Source: Phoronis australis
Taxonomy: Eukaryota; Animalia; Phoronida
Direction: 5' to 3'
Assembly: GCA_002633005.1 (NCBI GenBank)
Contig: NMRA01000802.1
Coordinates: forward strand, 38,740-102,739
Length of the DNA stretch: 64,000 nucleotides
Positions 59,901 to 64,000 of this stretch are shown piece after piece. Position 1 is the first letter of the stretch, and each line of letters opens with the position of its first letter. Made by a program: the position numbers and the translations under genes. Under the pieces are notes generated by a model. The model made no database searches and was not told the DNA's origin. It saw only the letters and a list, made by a program, of their open reading frames with translations.

Positions 59901-62157
59901 TGATACTGTCCGTACTATACTAAACAAGGGCTATATATTCAACCTCTCGCCGACAACAGATATATTATCTTCGAAATGCGGTTGAATTTCTTTCGTCTAA
60001 TCCACGTTTTACAATAGATGCCAATGTATAGGTACACACTGGATTGTCATCATTGCATAATGGGTGATCACGTAGTCTCCGGGCATGAAAACAATTCTCT
60101 CCGGGCGTGATAAGTTTTCTAACGCAATAAATCCTGGTTGCCAATTGTTTTTGATTCTACAGAGATTTCAATTCCTGAATAGAAAATGTGTGTTCTGGAT
60201 TTTTCCGCTTCAGCTTTCCATTCAGGTAACTAGTGCACAGCACAGTGTTTTTACTATCCCGTGCGGCTCCACTGCAACGAATCACTTCTGGTACAATCTT
60301 TCGTAAACGACGTTCGTATTTTGCACATTTCTTCGGGGTAACAGTTTTCCAAGAGCTATATATTCATTGGACAAGTTTCTGTTTGGTAATCGGTTTTATT
60401 TTCTGTCTCAGGTAGTCCTTGAGCTCATGCTCTGAATGTTTTGAAAACGCAACTCTTTATTTACGCAGATACGTTTTCCTGCCCGTGGGCACCGACTCGC
60501 TGAATTCACCAACCAAACATTTATTTTTGAAAATGCACTCAAAAGTGTAGTTAAAACACCGTGTTGATCATAGTCGTCAGTGCAGAAAAGCGAAATGAAC
60601 AAATTTGTACACACTGCTCAAAGCACTTTTGTGGACATACGGAAACGCCAACGTCTCTGTCTTACAACTCTGCGTGTGCTTGGCATTTCTGATCAAAGCG
60701 CTCTCATGCTGGAAACTTTATTAAGACTGAGCACCGTTTCAAAAAATTGTATTTTTTCTTACAGCTGAGCACAGAATTATTATGCGATTTTAGGACTGAA
60801 ACGGAACCAAATCTCGAGTGGTGACTCATTAGAATGTGCAAAATTCGGGGAGGGGGGTGGCTGGCAATACAAGCATGATTTTTTTATTTTCGCGCCAAAC
60901 ATGTAGTTACCACTTCTCATTCAGCGTCACTTACTACCTGAGGTGGCCAGATCATACATGTACGCTATCAAGATCACCAGACGCTTTGCTTCTCAAAAGT
61001 GCACCTTTGTGTATTTTCTATCATTTTTTGCCATCGCAATCGCTTTACCAAAGTTTCACGCACATATGCCGCGTAGAGACAAATACCTCTTCACCACGTA
61101 TTCACATCTTGCCGTTCACAATTGTTTTATTTTGCATAATTTGTCAATATGTTGTTGACAGAAAATATTTATTTTTGGAACAACGTGAACGACCAACTGA
61201 TAGGGGACTACGTGTATACATGTAACTGCTAGCCCAGATTTTAACGTCACCGATACACTGAAAACGGAATGCGCAAGGCTACTTTGCTGTAGCCTCAACA
61301 GTGGTGATGTCACCGTCTTAGTTCGTGGAAATCGTAACCATAATATGATTTCGAAGTTAGAGCCATCGAAGTCCGTGGGTTTAGGGCATACTGGACCGTG
61401 AATTTCGCGTCTGTACTGCAAGGGTCAATACTATGAAAATAAAATCCCTGGAGTGAGAGCTTTTCGCGGTGTAAGAACTCACTCACTAATCCATCATCAT
61501 GGGCGCGTGACAGGAGACCGGTGACTAACTTAAAAAACGCAAAAAGATACAGTTTGGCGTTACACAAACAACTTGAAATCAACTGCGGGCGAAGACTACT
61601 AAAATAGCTGCGTTTACAAAATGACTACAGCGTTGTATTGACCGGGAAGCAACCGATCTAATACATCTTGTTAACGTCACGAGTCAAATTAAAGATCAAA
61701 TGTAAAGAAAACTTTCACGTTTTTCATCCAAAACTTGTTGCATTGTCCATAATCCAGTGTTTACTATTACCGCTTGCCTTCAACCTTCGAATTACATGTA
61801 GTGGTATTACCCAACCGACGTGAACTCATGTAACCGAGACAGTAAAACTAGGTTAATTTATTTGACCCTGTGCTAAGACGAATATGCGTCGACACGCAAA
61901 GTGGTATCAGCCTGACAACCTATTACGCAACTGCTACTCTAGCCTAAAAATAGCAGCCGACCAGCTGGTCGGCTGATGGCCGGTCGGCTGAAGGGTCGGC
62001 TGAAGGGTCGGCTGGGGAGTCGCCTTATGAGTCGGCACTGCGGGCGGCTGCCGGTCGGCTAATTTTTAGCCGACCGGTCGGCAAATTAGCCGACCGGTCG
62101 ACGGCTAGTCGTCGACCAATTTCCGACCGGGCGGCCAAAAATTCGTGATGTGTGCTG
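56975..62157. mobile_element. 5183-bp non-autonomous DNA transposon with TA duplication and ~48-bp TIRs
   Basis: TA|cagcacacatcacgaatttttggccgaccggtcgaaaattggtcgacg ... cgtcgaccaatttccgaccgggcggccaaaaattcgtgatgtgtgctg|TA. GC-rich subterminal GCCGACC/GGTCGGC repeats; no transposase ORF. Confidence 0.88.
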
Positions 62158-63184
62158 TATAATGAGGCTGATTTGGACAACTGGGCATCAACCTGGAAGC
62201 ACGTTATTTGTACTGCTGCCAGGTGTCTGGTAACAGATTCCAGGGCAGTTGTGAGAATCACATTTTGTTTTATGTCAGTCCATATTTTGCATAGGCAATA
62301 CTTAATGACTGGCTTGAACCAAAAGTTATGAGACCTGTTTTTTTTATCAAATTGAAAGCTTTGAGATGGTAAATGGTAAACAAAATTGCAGGATTGGTTT
62401 CATAAAATGTTGTTTTAGAACAAATTGTACTTCTTGGGGTTTAAGATAAACATGGCATTATGATGTGGCCCAATTCACAACAGGTCATAAAAAGTCAAAA
62501 CTCAAGTTCTACCGGTTTTCTAACCGAGATAAAATCTATAGCTTTGAGGATATTGGATTAAATACACAGACTAGTCAGTGAGGTCTGATGTAATCATTAA
62601 CTATGAAATTACAATCTATTCTGCTATTTTTCAGTGTCCATAATTGAATAGACTCTTCAAATTTAAGAAAGTATTTGAGAATGAGTTAAAAGAACGTCTG
62701 GCTTTTCATCTTCTCCTCAGTGAAAGAACTATTTGCCATTCACTGTCATCAGTCATATTCGTAATTTCAAGCCAGATACCGCACTTTGGTGACAGAAGTA
62801 ATTTTTAATTTTATTCTGGAGTGAACATAGTTTACTGTAGCAAGTCAGGCCTGAGAGGTTATCAATGAATGCTATTTGGTCTGTAACAAAATGCCTTAAA
62901 GCTGTGGTGAGCCCACGTTCTGTCAAAAATCTTTGATCCAGGCGACTTACCTTAAAGTTGGCTTCAATTTGCTCTTTAATCAGAAATCTCTGTTCATCTC
63001 GGTAACGAAGTTGAGATCAGCTTTATAGCGGTATTTGTATTTATGGAAAATTGGTTTTGCAGCAGATTTAAAAATAAATGGCCAATGGGGCTATTCGGAG
63101 AATTCTCCTCGCGGTGTCGCTGCTGTACTAGTGGTGATTGAATTGCGCATGCGTCGCTGTCTGCATGTAAACAACTGGTAAAAG

Positions 63185-63420
63185 ATGGAATTTTTATCAA
63201 AATACGTCGTCGCGCTAAGCTTTATTACTGCTAATTTCCCTGGTGCAAGTCTTCGACAGGTGGCCACAAATTCCCAAAAAGACCTAAAGTTACTATATTC
63301 GTGGACAATTGCGGTCAACGGGGTCAACTAATTGACAAAAAGTGTGTGGATGCTGAAGCCCCGTGTGAGCTCTATGACTATGCACTGCAGTTCCATTCGG
63401 AGACTACACAACATTACTTG
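63185..63420 (+). pseudogene. Decayed THAP zinc-finger exon (probable transposon-derived relic)
   Basis: Across frameshifts: M..RRRAKLYYC*FPWCKSSTGGHKFPK/DLKLLYSWTIAV...W...LCTA../F../DYTTLL G|gtaagt. This fits the THAP pattern C-x4-C, FP, W, C-x2-(H)-F..DY. Confidence 0.5.
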
Positions 63421-64000
63421 GTAAGTTTTTTGCAATCAGTTTCTATCAACATCGTTCGGTGATGTTATCCCCACCAGTTAAACCAACGGAATAACAGTTT
63501 TATTGAGTGGAACTAAGTGCTTCTTTTTGGAAACTCACCCGATGCCGGGTAGGCTAACAGCACATATTCATATTGTCCTGGGTGGGGTGCGCCCAAAATA
63601 AGAGGTGTATGGTACGTGATGCACAGAAGTCAAGGGTGACTTTTTCACAGCAGTTTCTCTTCAAAACTATGCTTTTTCCAAAAAAATTCTCTAGATGAGT
63701 GAGTTTCCTTATTTTATCGTGGACCCCACCCCCAGGACCACCAGCTCAGTTATCAATTAACATGAATAAGCCTCAGCTTAATTCAGTAAATGTAACATTA
63801 CATTGGAAAAAAATTGACACCTAGAATGAATTTTACTTGTTGAGATCAGAAGCACATTTTAAGTGTCATGAAAAATACACATTGTTAAATCACTTTTAGC
63901 CTGTTTCACATATTTTAATTCAGATATTAAATAAGACTTGGGTACAAAGGTTATTAGTTTCTACACATAAACATGAAGATGAAATGTCAAGTATGTTCTG

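Noticed and set aside
63260-63420. Open frame after cag| as the next KIAA2013-like exon
   Set aside because: It would give YVGGHKFPK rather than the expected YVGNG, and is better explained as a THAP relic.

Overview
AT-rich, intron-rich eukaryotic (animal) genomic DNA. A marine invertebrate, possibly a deuterostome, is inferred from gene and repeat content but cannot be proven here. Genes: (1) the first coding exon of a secreted IGFBP-like protein (minus strand, 6.9-7.2 kb); (2) a complete 7-exon, 366-aa enolase-superfamily enzyme closely resembling bacterial cis-3-hydroxy-L-proline dehydratase (plus, 19394-28227), with all six introns in phase 0; (3) a complete 22-coding-exon BBS2 gene of 720 aa (minus, 51056-30745), with a tandemly triplicated 63-nt exon; (4) two 5' exons of a probable KIAA2013-like type II membrane protein (plus, 56.5-57.0 kb). 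The rest is a dense set of DNA transposons: a decayed mariner, a foldback-like element with inverted TATCGATA minisatellite arms around a decayed IS3EU-like transposase, two Helentron/HINE-type elements whose ~150-bp monomers mostly carry a CTCF-like motif, a 5.2-kb non-autonomous TA-target element, several MITEs, a THAP relic and a (CA)~171 tract. Two near-identical duplications next to single N bases look like haplotype assembly artefacts; one appears to capture a polymorphic transposon insertion. No CRISPR array, rRNA, functional tRNA or prokaryotic operon was seen. All protein identities come from remembered family motifs, not from database searches.
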